Source: Pirellulales bacterium (GTDB lineage: Bacteria; Planctomycetota; Planctomycetia; Pirellulales; JALHPA01). From it: DNA of 64,000 nt. How positions within the stretch are numbered: position 1 is the first letter of the stretch; every line of letters begins with the position of its first letter. Where the stretch lies: contig JBBDYH010000167.1 in NCBI GenBank assembly GCA_040901795.1, positions 165,314-229,313 on the forward strand, given 5' to 3'. Shown here piece by piece: positions 1-10,013 of this stretch. A model generated the notes under the pieces. It was not told the DNA's origin. It made no database searches and saw only the letters and a program-made list of their open reading frames with translations. A program made the translations under genes and the position numbers.

Positions 1-407
1 AACCGCTAACACAACCGGCACACAGTAACCCGAAGCGTGAGCGAGGAACCGGCAGATTCGGCCTCGCTTACGCGTCGGGCTACTAATGTTAGCGGTTCTA
101 AGAGTATCTGGCGGAAACTACAACGAATCGTCAATCGCAGGTTTTCCGACCATCGATTAATCAAGTTGAAGAAGCTGATCGCGAAACGACCAAATGTTGA
201 GCTTACTGTGCCTCGTTGCCTCAAAAAGTGCGATGCTTAGCATAAACCCCCTCGCATCAACTATTGGTACAAAACGTGCATGGTTGCGGAGATGCACAGG
301 ACGACGTGATTCGCAGTCGAGCGACGGAGGATGGCGCAGCGTGCGATTCACTGAAAACTCATCTGGCCCGGACGGCCGTCGCACCCGAAACGCTAAAGGA
401 GATCGCT

Positions 408-569
408 ATGCCAGGCCTAGGAATCATTTTGTTGATCGTGCTGCTGATTCTTCTTGTCGGCTCTGCTCCTGCTTGGCCTTATAGCCGGGGATGGGGATAT
501 TATCCCACCGGTGGACTCGGCCTCGTTCTGCTGGTGGTGCTAATCCTCGTACTGATGGGCTACATCTGA
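408..569 (+). CDS. DUF3309-family small membrane protein (53 aa)
   Basis: ATG at 408 is preceded by AAAGGAG at 394-400. The product MPGLGIILLIVLLILLVGSAPAWPYSRGWGYYPTGGLGLVLLVVLILVLMGYI has the WPYSRGWGY core flanked by two hydrophobic helices typical of DUF3309. It is in frame within track ORF 264..569. Confidence 0.65.
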   Translation: MPGLGIILLIVLLILLVGSAPAWPYSRGWGYYPTGGLGLVLLVVLILVLMGYI

Positions 570-822
570 CGGCATCGCCGATCGTTCATGTGTTGAAACG
601 AACTGGTTTCCATCGCGCACGACCGTCGTTTTCTGACAAAGATCTAGGACGGGGTTGTGGCGATCCACATTCGGCTTTTGTTTGACAAGGCCACTTGGTT
701 GCCATACGATCAGTTGTTGACGTTCGTAACTGCAAAGCAATCTCTTGCATCGTCTTGCAATTCGCTTGGTTTCGCAGACCATCGCTGGTCTGGCGCTGGT
801 TTAACCTTTGGAGACGGCCCTT

Positions 823-2316
823 ATGCCTTCCGTGCTGGTGATCGACGACGATGCCGCGATGGGACACATCTTTCGCCGATTTTTTGACAATTCGGAGATC
901 AACGTTCTGACGGCCGAATCGGCGGGCGAAGGCCTGGATGTGATCCGGCGCAACAAACCCGACGTGACGATTGTCGATATCATGTTGCCGGACGGATCGG
1001 GCCTTGAGACGTTTCAACGCATCCAGCGCCTCGACCCCAAAATGCCGGTGATCTTCATCACAGCCGGGGGCACAAGCGACACAGCGATCGAAGCGATGAA
1101 GCTGGGGGCCTTCGATTACTTGCTCAAGCCGCTCGATTTCCCCAGAGTCCAAGCCCTGCTCGACCAGGCGTTCGAGATTCGACGCCTGATGAATGTTCCT
1201 GTGCGGCTGCTCCAAACCAACAGCAACGCCGCGACGGCCTCGGATTGCCTGATCGGCCGCTGCACAGCCATCCAAGACGTTTACAAAGCAATTGGCCGCG
1301 TGGCGCCGCAGAACGTCACCGTGTTGATTCGCGGCGAGAGCGGCACCGGTAAGGAGCTGGTGGCCCGTGCGATCTATCAACACAGCACGCGAGCGTCCGG
1401 GCGGTTCATGGCGGTTAACTGCGCCGCGATCCCCGAGACTTTGTTGGAAAGCGAATTGTTCGGTCATGAAAAGGGCTCGTTCACGGGAGCCGACAATCGC
1501 CGTATCGGCAAGTTCGAGCAATGCTCGGGCGGGACGCTTTTTCTGGATGAAGTCGGCGATATGACGCCGCTGGTGCAGAGCAAGATGCTGCGTGTGCTGC
1601 AGGATCAGCGCTTCGAGCGTGTCGGAGGAAATGAATCGATCAAAACCGACGTGCGGATCATCACGGCCACCAATCGTGATTTGGAGCAGATGGTCGCCGA
1701 CGGACAATTCCGCCCCGATTTGTTCTACCGGCTCAATGGATTTACGATTAGGATTCCAGCGCTCCGCGAACGCGCCGACGACATCCTGATTTTGCTGGAG
1801 CACTTCCTCGGTCGCTTCAACCGCGAATTGGCCCGCAACGTCTGCGATATCTCGCCCGACGCGCTGGACATGCTGATGCATTACGGTTGGCCCGGCAATG
1901 TACGCGAGTTACAGGCCGTTGTGAAGCAGGCGTTATTGCAGGCCACAGGACCGGTGTTGATGCCTGAATTCTTCCCCGAAGAAGTGCGGACCGGCGGACG
2001 GTTGGCAATGACGCTGGGGCTGGTGGGAGAAATGGGCCACTGCACGGAGTTCGAGAGCTTCATTGACAAACAACTTCGGGGCGGGACGGAGGACCTCTAC
2101 GCGGAAGCTTTAGCTCACATGGAGCGCATGCTGCTCACGCGCGTGCTGCGGCATACCGACGGCAACCAATCGAAAGCGGCGAAGGTCCTGGGCATCACAC
2201 GCGGCAGCTTGCGGAACAAGATTCGTACGCTGCGGATCACCATCGATCAAGTCGTGGGCTTGGAAGAGGCCGCCGACGGCGAAGCGGAGGCTGAAGAACT
2301 GACGTCAGTCAATTAG
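823..2316 (+). CDS. sigma-54-dependent Fis-family response regulator (NtrC-like: REC + AAA+ sigma-54 activator + HTH)
   Basis: N-terminal receiver (VLVIDDD...DIMLPDGSG). Walker A GESGTGKE, GSFTGA (GAFTGA variant) and the ESELFGHEKG motif are present. The C-terminal Fis-type HTH is QSKAAKVLGITRGSLRNKI. The track start at 808 is TTG; the ATG at 823 (MPSVLVIDDD) follows GGAG. Confidence 0.85.
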   Translation: MPSVLVIDDDAAMGHIFRRFFDNSEINVLTAESAGEGLDVIRRNKPDVTIVDIMLPDGSGLETFQRIQRLDPKMPVIFITAGGTSDTAIEAMKLGAFDYLLKPLDFPRVQALLDQAFEIRRLMNVPVRLLQTNSNAATASDCLIGRCTAIQDVYKAIGRVAPQNVTVLIRGESGTGKELVARAIYQHSTRASGRFMAVNCAAIPETLLESELFGHEKGSFTGADNRRIGKFEQCSGGTLFLDEVGDMTPLVQSKMLRVLQDQRFERVGGNESIKTDVRIITATNRDLEQMVADGQFRPDLFYRLNGFTIRIPALRERADDILILLEHFLGRFNRELARNVCDISPDALDMLMHYGWPGNVRELQAVVKQALLQATGPVLMPEFFPEEVRTGGRLAMTLGLVGEMGHCTEFESFIDKQLRGGTEDLYAEALAHMERMLLTRVLRHTDGNQSKAAKVLGITRGSLRNKIRTLRITIDQVVGLEEAADGEAEAEELTSVN

Positions 2317-2496
2317 GTCGTCGCGTTCGGTCATAACCGCCCAGGGCCTGCCGTAAACGGCCGAGCGCGGTGTGAAACTGCGTGTTGTCTCGGCGTTTGT
2401 CCCGTTTATTTAGTGGACAGCCAAGCCAGGTTCGGCAGGCGTCGCCGATCGCCAGCTTACTGCGGGGCGGCGCGCGAGACCTCTAGCGTCTCCTCA

Positions 2497-5340
2497 ATGG
2501 GCTCGTTGTCGTTCGAGCTCCGTGGAGAATCGAACGTGGAACTGAACATCATCCGCAGTGCGCCGCGATCCACTGACGATCGACCGCAATCCGAGGCGCC
2601 GCCCCGAGCAGATCTCCCTACTTCTAAGCCAGGGGAGCGCGCGTTGGCCGTGACCGAAGAGCGCCTCAAACTCTTGCTTGAAGCCAGCCACGACGGCATT
2701 TGGGATTGGGACCTGGCGACCGGCGAGGGCTACTGGACCCAGCGCGTCTATTCGATGCTTGGGCTGCATCCGGATGATGTTTCGTCCTCGCTTGAGGCGC
2801 TCGGTCGGCGCATTCATCCAGAGGATTTGCCGCGGTTTCAATGTTTTTTGGATGATCTGCGGCAAGGACGAGCCACCGATCCATTGGAATTGCGGCTACA
2901 GAAGGCGGATGGCAGTTTTGGCTTCTTCAGGATTCAGGGCAAGTCCCTCTGCGACGGCGCAGCGACGCCGGTCCGCGCAATTGGTTCACTCACCGACGTG
3001 ACAGACCGCAGGCTGGCCGAGAACGCGCTTCGCCAAAGCGAGCAGCGGCATCGGGCTTTGGTTTCTGTGCTCACTTCGATTGTCTGGATCACCGATCCAC
3101 ACGGCGAGTTTGTTGAGCCACAAATCTCTTGGCAGGCCTACACCGGCCAGTCTTGGGAACAGCAGGCCGGCCGCGGTTGGCTGGACGCGATCCATCCGGA
3201 CGAGCGCCAGGAAGTGGCCCGACGATGGTCGACCGCGGTTGAGCGTAAACAGATCTTTGAGGCGGAGGGGCGACTATGGCACGCGCCCACGGGTCGGTAT
3301 CTGCATTTCGCCACGCGAGGCGTGCCCATGTTTGCCCGCGATGGAACCGTGCGCGAGTGGGTCGGCGTGATGCGAGACATCGATGATCAGTGGCGCGCCG
3401 AATCCGCGCGCCGGGCCGCCGAAGACGCCTTGCGCACCAGCGAAGTGCGGTTCCGCACGATGGCCGATGCGACGCCCGTGATGATCCGGATCCTGGGCGA
3501 TGACCAGAAATGCACTTATGTGAATCGCGGCTGGCTGGAATTCACCGGCCGAACTCTCGAGCAAGAGATCAGCGGGGGCTGGTCTGGGGAAGTCCATCTC
3601 GATGACTTGGACCGTTGCCTGCACGTGTACGGCGCTGCATTCGAGCGGCGCGAGCCGTTCACCCTCGAATACCGCCTGCGGCGTGCGGACGGAGAGTACC
3701 GCTGGGTGCTCGACAATAGCGTGCCCCTGCGTTCGGAGAGAGGCCCATTCCAGGGGTACATCGGCACTTGCATCGACATCACGCATCGCAAACAGTCGGA
3801 AAACCGGCTGCGCGAGGCGGCCGATTATCTGGTCGAGCAGCGGCAGTGGCTGGAGTCTGTACTCAACTTGTTGCCCATGCCGATGTTGCTGATTGACCCG
3901 GTCTCGGCCAAGGTCACCTTTAGCAATCAGGCGGCGCGGCAAACGGCCCAGGCGTTTTCCGGAGGCCCGCGCGACGACACCGCGAGCGACCATCTCTGCG
4001 ATGCGCAGGGACATCGACTGGCGGAGGATGAAGAGCCGGTGGCGCGTGTGTCGCGTGGTGAGCGGCTGCGCGGTTTCGAGGTCCACTTGCAACGCCCTGA
4101 TGGTACACGGTCGCTGATTGTGAACTCAGAATCACTCCCGGCGATGCACAGTCACGAGCGAATGGCCGTGTTGCTCTATCAGGACATTACCGATCAGAAG
4201 CAGGTGGAGGCGGATCTCCGCCGTGCGAACCAGGCCAAAGACGCGCTACTGGCGATGCTCGGGCATGAACTGCGTAATCCGCTGGCGGCGATCACCAGCG
4301 CCGCAGAATTACTGGAGCTACTCGATTCGGCCGACTCTGAATTTGGCAACGCCCGGCAGATCCTCCAGACGCACATCCAACACCTCGTTCAGCTCGTGGA
4401 CGACATGCTCGACGTCTCGCGATTGACAAGCGGCAAGATTCGCATTCGCCGCGAGACGCTCGATCTGCGCGACGTGATCCAGCAGTCGTTGCAGACCTGC
4501 GAATCGGTGATCGACGAGCGGCGACACCGGCTTTCGGTCGAGATGCCCAACGAGTTCATGCCCGTGGAGGGAGATGCCGCGCGGCTGGAGCAAGTCTTCG
4601 TCAACCTACTGACCAACGCCGCCAAGTATACCGAGGAAGGCGGCCAGATTGCGGTCACGGCCGAATTGAGCCCCAGCGAGGCGGTGGTGCGCGTTCGAGA
4701 CAACGGCATCGGGATACGTTCCGATCTGTTGCCGCAAGTATTTGAGTTGTTTCGGCAGCTTAACCCCTCGCTGCATCGCGCCGAAGGAGGGCTTGGTATC
4801 GGTTTGAATATTGTGAAAAACCTGGTGGAGCTGCACGGCGGCTCGGTGGCTGCGGCCAGTGAAGGGCCCCATCGAGGAAGCGAGTTTGTCGTGCGGCTGC
4901 CTCGAATGACGCAGCCATCGCTGCCGTCCCGCCAGGAGCCTCCCTCGGAGCCGGTGACGACGACGCGGCAGGCGCCGCTGCGCGTGATGGTCGTCGAGGA
5001 TAATGCCGATATCGCCCATTCCATGGTCGCGCTGGTTCGCCACCTGGGGCATGAGGTGGAGCTGGCCCATGACGGCAAAGCGGCCCTGGCGGTTGCGCAA
5101 CGGTTTTTGCCGCAGATCGCGTTGTTCGATATCGGCCTACCCGGCATGAATGGGTTAGAGTTGGCGCAGGCCTTCCGGCAGGATGATCGGTTGCGTTCGG
5201 CGTTTCTTGTCGCGTTGACTGGGTTTGGCCAGGCGGAAGACCGGCGGCGGTCGCTCGAGGCTGGATTCGACGAGCATCTGGTCAAGCCGCTCAACTTTGC
5301 CCGTTTGCAGCAAATGTTGGATCGCTTTGCGCCCCGCTGA
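2497..5340 (+). CDS. hybrid sensor histidine kinase (multiple PAS/PAC, HisKA, HATPase_c, C-terminal receiver)
   Basis: Repeated PAS/PAC-like blocks are present (DGIWDWDL, YRWVLDNSVP). The HisKA H-box is LGHELRNPLAAI. N/G-box motifs are VFVNLLTNAAKYT and GGLGIGLNIVKNLVELHGG. The C-terminal REC is RVMVVEDNADIA...ALTGFGQ...KPLNFARL. The track start at 2413 is GTG; the internal ATG at 2497 is used here, so the start is uncertain. Confidence 0.85.
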   Translation: MGSLSFELRGESNVELNIIRSAPRSTDDRPQSEAPPRADLPTSKPGERALAVTEERLKLLLEASHDGIWDWDLATGEGYWTQRVYSMLGLHPDDVSSSLEALGRRIHPEDLPRFQCFLDDLRQGRATDPLELRLQKADGSFGFFRIQGKSLCDGAATPVRAIGSLTDVTDRRLAENALRQSEQRHRALVSVLTSIVWITDPHGEFVEPQISWQAYTGQSWEQQAGRGWLDAIHPDERQEVARRWSTAVERKQIFEAEGRLWHAPTGRYLHFATRGVPMFARDGTVREWVGVMRDIDDQWRAESARRAAEDALRTSEVRFRTMADATPVMIRILGDDQKCTYVNRGWLEFTGRTLEQEISGGWSGEVHLDDLDRCLHVYGAAFERREPFTLEYRLRRADGEYRWVLDNSVPLRSERGPFQGYIGTCIDITHRKQSENRLREAADYLVEQRQWLESVLNLLPMPMLLIDPVSAKVTFSNQAARQTAQAFSGGPRDDTASDHLCDAQGHRLAEDEEPVARVSRGERLRGFEVHLQRPDGTRSLIVNSESLPAMHSHERMAVLLYQDITDQKQVEADLRRANQAKDALLAMLGHELRNPLAAITSAAELLELLDSADSEFGNARQILQTHIQHLVQLVDDMLDVSRLTSGKIRIRRETLDLRDVIQQSLQTCESVIDERRHRLSVEMPNEFMPVEGDAARLEQVFVNLLTNAAKYTEEGGQIAVTAELSPSEAVVRVRDNGIGIRSDLLPQVFELFRQLNPSLHRAEGGLGIGLNIVKNLVELHGGSVAAASEGPHRGSEFVVRLPRMTQPSLPSRQEPPSEPVTTTRQAPLRVMVVEDNADIAHSMVALVRHLGHEVELAHDGKAALAVAQRFLPQIALFDIGLPGMNGLELAQAFRQDDRLRSAFLVALTGFGQAEDRRRSLEAGFDEHLVKPLNFARLQQMLDRFAPR

Positions 5341-5660
5341 CTGCGTCTGACAAATCCTCGTCATTGTTGGCGACAGCACTGCTCGCGGCGAGCAGTGGCA
5401 CACAGCACACGCGATGGTCATCCAGCGGCCACACTCGTCGAACCGCCGGTTTTCTCAGCTCAAAAGAGCGCCTGGTTGGAATCAACAGAAACGTGCAACC
5501 CAAGGTTACGTCGAGTGTTCCGCATCGCATCCATTGCGGCGGCGTCGGCATTGGCACGTCCTGTGCTCTGATCTCTGACAATGCCATCGGACGGACAAAC
5601 AGGGCCCTCGCCACGTGGCGAGTGCCGCCCTGCAACTAAGACTTTCCCTGGAGGTGCGAG

Positions 5661-5831
5661 ATGCTGTACTGGGCTCTGATGTTTCTGATCGTGGCGATTG
5701 TGGCCGCCGTGTTCGGCTTTTTCGGTATCGCAGGCGCGGCTGCCGGAATCGCCCGGGTGTTGTTCTTTGTGTTCCTGGTGCTGTTTATCGCCAGCCTGAT
5801 CTTTGGCGGTTTCAACCGGCCAGTGGCCTAA
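5661..5831 (+). CDS. DUF1328-family small membrane protein (56 aa)
   Basis: Product [56 protein letters not shown] matches the [23 protein letters not shown] pattern of DUF1328. It is below the 60-aa cutoff of the ORF track. Confidence 0.6.
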   Translation: MLYWALMFLIVAIVAAVFGFFGIAGAAAGIARVLFFVFLVLFIASLIFGGFNRPVA

Positions 5832-5877
5832 GGCTGAGGATTGCGATCGCAGAAACCCTAATAAAGGAGAGAGTGCT

Positions 5878-6390
5878 ATGGGTCGTATGCTGTGTGGCGC
5901 ATTGCTGGCTATGGCCACGGTGATTGGATCTCCGGCCTGGGCCCAAGCCCAAGAAGGCGCCAAAAAGAAGGGCAATGTCACTGTGGAAACGGTCTACCGT
6001 GCGAGCACCATCAAAGGGATGGGCGTCTACAACCTTGAGGGAGAAAAGGTTGGCACACTCGATGAATTGGTGATCGACATCGAGAAGGGACAGGTCGTGT
6101 ATGCGGCTTTGTCGGTGGGCGGCTTCCTGGGCGTCGGGGATAAGCTGTTCGCCATCCCATGGCGCGAGTTCACGCTTGAAGTCGGCGAGGACGGTAAGTT
6201 CTTCCGCGTGGATGTAACGAAGGAAAAACTCAAAAAGGCCGAGGGCTTCGATAAGGACGCCTGGCCGAACGTCGCGGATCCGAAATGGCGACAAGAGATC
6301 GAAAGCCAGTACCGAGAGCGTCAGCGAGACCGGGAACGGAAGACCACGACGAAGACCACCACTAAGGAGACGACGCGAGAACGTGATTAA
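5878..6390 (+). CDS. secreted PRC-barrel domain protein
   Basis: AAAGGAGAGAG lies upstream of the ATG. The signal peptide is MGRMLCGALLAMATVIGSPAWAQA. The PRC-barrel core is VYNLEGEKVGTLDELVIDIEKGQVVYAALSVGGFLGVGDKLFAIPW. The C-terminal tail is charged with K/T/E residues. Confidence 0.6.
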   Translation: MGRMLCGALLAMATVIGSPAWAQAQEGAKKKGNVTVETVYRASTIKGMGVYNLEGEKVGTLDELVIDIEKGQVVYAALSVGGFLGVGDKLFAIPWREFTLEVGEDGKFFRVDVTKEKLKKAEGFDKDAWPNVADPKWRQEIESQYRERQRDRERKTTTKTTTKETTRERD

Positions 6391-6410
6391 CGCACGAACT
6401 CGATTGCTCA

Positions 6411-6440
6411 GGGGGTCGTTTTAAACGGCCCCCTTTTTTG
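6411..6440 (+). terminator. rho-independent terminator after the PRC-barrel gene
   Basis: Stem GGGGGTCG / CGGCCCCC (8 bp including one G-U pair), loop TTTTAAA, followed by TTTTTTG. Confidence 0.6.
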
Positions 6441-6537
6441 TTGCGCACCCACTCGAATTCCGACTGAGAAGTTTGCAGCGGAATTCGCCAGAATTCCGGC
6501 TGCGAACCGCGATTCGCCCGAAGTCTGGCGACTTCGG

Positions 6538-9201
6538 CTACGCGGTCTGGATAAAGAGTGCGACGGGAAAGCGCCGCAACAGTTGCGATACCGCTTGTGG
6601 TCCACCGTCGCAGGAATCGCCGGTGATTTCATTGATCCAGCGGCCAGCGGGCAATTCGAGAGTCGTGTCGTTCCAGTGGCCATCGAGTGAGAGTGGGAAT
6701 CGCGGGACCACCACGGCTGCTCGATCTCCGCGCAAGTACGAAAGGACGTGACGTGACTTGGCGCCGGCCGGCTCCAGCATGCGGTAGGTCGCCTTTCCGC
6801 CCAGCAAATCCGGACGCCGTCGTCGCGCGTCGAGCGCCCGGACGGTCAGCCAGAGCTTCGAAAGTCCCTCGTCGGCACGTTCCATGGTCTGTTCGACCGA
6901 CAAGTTGCGCATTTCCTCAAGCAGCCGGCGCCGAAGTGAATAATCGACTGGCCGACGGTTGTCCGGATCCACCAGACTCAAGTCCCAAAGCTCGCTCCCT
7001 TGATAAAAGTCGGGGACCCCTGGCGTGGTGATTTTCAGCAGCGTTTGCGCTAACGAATTGATACGGCCGGCGTCCAGAATCTGAGCCACGAACGCCTGCA
7101 GGCCAGCGAGGAAGGGTGGATGGCCCACGATGGTTTCGATGAACCTGGCGAGCGCTTCTTCAAACGGGGCCTGGGGATCGGTCCACGAGGTGTGCGCCTT
7201 GGCCTCGCGCATGGCTTTGATCATGTATTCGGTCAGCCGCTCCTGCGAGATGGGCCAGGCGCCGACCAGCGTTTGGTACAAAAAGTATTCGGTGTTGCGG
7301 TCGGGCATGTAGTCATGTCGGAACGACTCGTTCATCGTGGACCATTCCCGGACGGCGGCCGCCCAACGGGCGGGGATTTCGGCGAGCACCAGCAGCCGTG
7401 CTCGTACGTCTTCACTTCGCTTCGTGTCGTGCGTGGTCGTGGCCAGTAGCGAAAACGGCTGATGCCCTTGTGCATAGCAGCACTCTTCGTGGAATTGTTC
7501 CGGCGTGAGGCTCCAGCGGCCTGGATCGCCACCAACCTCGTTCAGTGCGACCAGGCGGTTGAAGTTGTAAAAAGTAGTATCTTCCACTCCCTTGGCCATG
7601 ACCGGTCCGGTCTGCTGTTGGAACTGCATGACGAACTCATGCTCAATCGGACCGCGGACACGTAACAAGAGGATGTCTCGCAAAAAGTCGAACAAATCGC
7701 CGTCCAAGTCCGGCCGATGTTGCTTTCCTTTCTCGATGGCCTCCTCGATGCGCTGCTGATCGACCTCCGAGATCGGCACGTCGCGGCCGCGAACATAGCT
7801 CCGGTACACCCGCGTGCAGGCAATCGTCTCACGCAGCACGTGCCTCAACTCGCGGCGTGTGTAGTCGCGGTAGCGGCGGTGCCGCTCGCACACCTGGGCA
7901 AACAGCTCGGCCAGCCGGCTCTGGTCGGCGCCGAACATCGTGTCGAGGACCAGCAGCTTCTTCTTGCGGATCAAATACTCGAAGTCCGTCGGCTCACCGG
8001 TGAATTCGCCATAAAAATCAGTCAGCGGCTGCTCCCCCTCCGGATCCACCAACACAGCCGAAAGCCGCGAAGCGAAATCGTAGCCGGTGGTGCCTTGAAC
8101 CGGCCAGGTTTCGGGCAGCCGCTCGCCGGTCATCAGAATCTTTTCAGCAACGATCCAGCTCTCCGGCGCGCCGTGCCGTAGGCGATGAAAGTACTCCTCC
8201 GGATCGTTCAAGCCGTCGGGGTGATCAACTCGCAGCCCGGCGACGAATCCTTGCCGCGCCCACTCCAACACGCGCGCATGCGTCTCGTGGAACACACGTT
8301 CGTCTTCGGTGCGCAATCCGACCAGAAAGTTGACGTCGAAGAACCGGCGATAGTCCAATTCATCTCGCGCCGTGCGCCAAAAGGCGAGCCGATAGTTCTG
8401 CCGCTCTAAGAGCACGTCGATCTCGTCCGGCGAGCCATTGGTCTCGCGTACCACTTCATCGACGGCGGCCGCGATGTGCCGATGCTCCTGGCAAAGCCGC
8501 TCCAATTGTGCACGCAACACCAGTTTATCGCGATGGCGGCGCTGGACGCTGGCCCAATCCGTTTCCGTGGCCAACGGCAGATGGCCATAGGCGTCGGCGA
8601 TGAAAGCGAGGTCGTCCGACTCGGCACGTGCGGCCGCGTCCTGCAGCAGACCGTCAAGAGAACGTGGCGCTACCGGCAGGACCTGCTCGTGATAGTGAAA
8701 CGTAAACCGGCCCCCCTGGCGCACCAGCACGATTTCGCCCGCCTCCACCACTCGGCCGTAATGATCGCCCAAAATCGGAATGAGCACCCGGTCTTTGAGC
8801 TTGGCCTCGGGTGGACTCCAATCCACGTCGAAGTAATGGGCAAAGCGGCTCGCCGGCCCATTCTCCAAAACGTCCCACCACCACGCATTACCGTGTCCGG
8901 CAATGCTCATGTGGTTTGGCACAATATCCAGCAACAGCTTCAGTTCCTCGGCGACCAGCGCTTGGCAAAAGCGGTTGAACGCTTCCTCTCCGCCAAGTTC
9001 GATGTTGACCCGCCGATGATCCAGAACGTCGTAGCCGTGCATGCTACCAGGGGCAGCCTGAAGCACCGGCGAAGCATAAACATGGCTGATGCCCAGTGCC
9101 GCAAAGTAGTCTGCCAGCGCAGCCGCCTGGGTGAGATCAAAGTTGCGGTGAAGTTGGACGCGATACGTCGCCTGGGGTTGCTTGGCAGGATCTTCAAACA
9201 T
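6538..9201 (-). CDS. treY: malto-oligosyltrehalose synthase (GH13)
   Basis: The N-terminus has ATYRVQLHRNFDL right after the ATG at 9201, and AALGISHVYASPVLQAAPGSMHGYDV follows. The ~887 aa length fits TreY. The track start at 9252 is TTG. Confidence 0.8.
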   Translation of the reverse strand: MFEDPAKQPQATYRVQLHRNFDLTQAAALADYFAALGISHVYASPVLQAAPGSMHGYDVLDHRRVNIELGGEEAFNRFCQALVAEELKLLLDIVPNHMSIAGHGNAWWWDVLENGPASRFAHYFDVDWSPPEAKLKDRVLIPILGDHYGRVVEAGEIVLVRQGGRFTFHYHEQVLPVAPRSLDGLLQDAAARAESDDLAFIADAYGHLPLATETDWASVQRRHRDKLVLRAQLERLCQEHRHIAAAVDEVVRETNGSPDEIDVLLERQNYRLAFWRTARDELDYRRFFDVNFLVGLRTEDERVFHETHARVLEWARQGFVAGLRVDHPDGLNDPEEYFHRLRHGAPESWIVAEKILMTGERLPETWPVQGTTGYDFASRLSAVLVDPEGEQPLTDFYGEFTGEPTDFEYLIRKKKLLVLDTMFGADQSRLAELFAQVCERHRRYRDYTRRELRHVLRETIACTRVYRSYVRGRDVPISEVDQQRIEEAIEKGKQHRPDLDGDLFDFLRDILLLRVRGPIEHEFVMQFQQQTGPVMAKGVEDTTFYNFNRLVALNEVGGDPGRWSLTPEQFHEECCYAQGHQPFSLLATTTHDTKRSEDVRARLLVLAEIPARWAAAVREWSTMNESFRHDYMPDRNTEYFLYQTLVGAWPISQERLTEYMIKAMREAKAHTSWTDPQAPFEEALARFIETIVGHPPFLAGLQAFVAQILDAGRINSLAQTLLKITTPGVPDFYQGSELWDLSLVDPDNRRPVDYSLRRRLLEEMRNLSVEQTMERADEGLSKLWLTVRALDARRRRPDLLGGKATYRMLEPAGAKSRHVLSYLRGDRAAVVVPRFPLSLDGHWNDTTLELPAGRWINEITGDSCDGGPQAVSQLLRRFPVALFIQTA

Positions 9202-9568
9202 ACTGACGAAGGTTCCCGCGGGCGTGGAGGAAGAGACAGGGCGGCGATGCAAAGCTTGCGCCCGGCTAGCACGTTATGCCGGCAAACATAGCGGAAAACA
9301 AGTCCTTCTCCCCTTGTCGCGCTCCTGTTAAGCATCATGGTCGCATTCCGACCAGCGCCGTTCCCTAAACGGCCGGCTGGTTGCGCTCCGCGCGGCTTCA
9401 CTTTTGCGCTCTAGCACGCGGCGCTTGCTATGTCGTTGGGATCAGGCACGAAGTTTGCTAACTAGTCACTTCCCGCTCGTCGGATGTTCCAATTTGAATT
9501 CCTCCCCCGCTTTCCTCTCTTCTCCACATTTGGAGGGTACAACCTTGTTAGTCCAGGCGGACGCCACA

Positions 9569-9826
9569 ATGCCGGTGATTCTCGTTTCGACCGCTGCCGA
9601 TTCTGCCGCAGCCGACCGTGAGTTGCAACGACGGATTTCCATTTTTCTTGAGAACCGACGCCTGCCTTACTCGTCAAAACTGAGAATCGCCGCCAAAAAC
9701 GGTGTCGTGACGCTGCAGGGGACTCATCAATCGTTCTATCACAAGCAACTCTGCATTAACTGCTGCCAGCGCGTCGCCGGGGTGGTTCGGTTGATCGATG
9801 CGACCCGAGTCCTCCCTGAGCGATAG
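9569..9826 (+). CDS. BON-domain protein (OsmY-like), 85 aa
   Basis: KLRIAAKNGVVTLQGTHQSFYHKQLCINCCQRVAGVVRLIDATRV fits the BON pattern. The start is uncertain: the track ORF begins at a TTG at 9404, and the ATG at 9569 is used here. A GCCGTTCCCTA motif lies about 200 nt upstream. Confidence 0.45.
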   Translation: MPVILVSTAADSAAADRELQRRISIFLENRRLPYSSKLRIAAKNGVVTLQGTHQSFYHKQLCINCCQRVAGVVRLIDATRVLPER

Positions 9827-10013
9827 CGAGAGGTGTAATCGCACAGGTCACCGCGCGTTGCACTCGGCCCCCCGTCTTGCCAGCGACGAATCGTTGTCGA
9901 AGGCTCCGGGAACCTTGACGTGATTGCAGATTCGCCGCACGATAAAGCGGAAATCCGCCTGTGCCATGGAAAAAGCCGGTCCCCCGCTTAGTTCTTTTTA
10001 ATCGAGTGTCCTT

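Noticed and set aside
37-240. 67-aa plus-strand ORF and overlapping 72-aa minus ORF at the window start
   Set aside because: It has a GTG start with no RBS, basic low-complexity sequence and mutual overlap. It is probably non-coding DNA upstream of the DUF3309 gene.
586-1881. 431-aa minus-strand ORF antisense to the NtrC-like regulator gene
   Set aside because: It is entirely antisense to a gene with clear domain signatures. Its composition is Arg/Gly-rich as expected for reverse-frame ORFs in high-GC DNA, and no motifs are present.
5460-5981. 173-aa minus-strand ORF overlapping the DUF1328 and PRC-barrel genes
   Set aside because: The plus-strand genes have RBSs and family signatures. The minus ORF is His/Gly/Pro-rich with no features.
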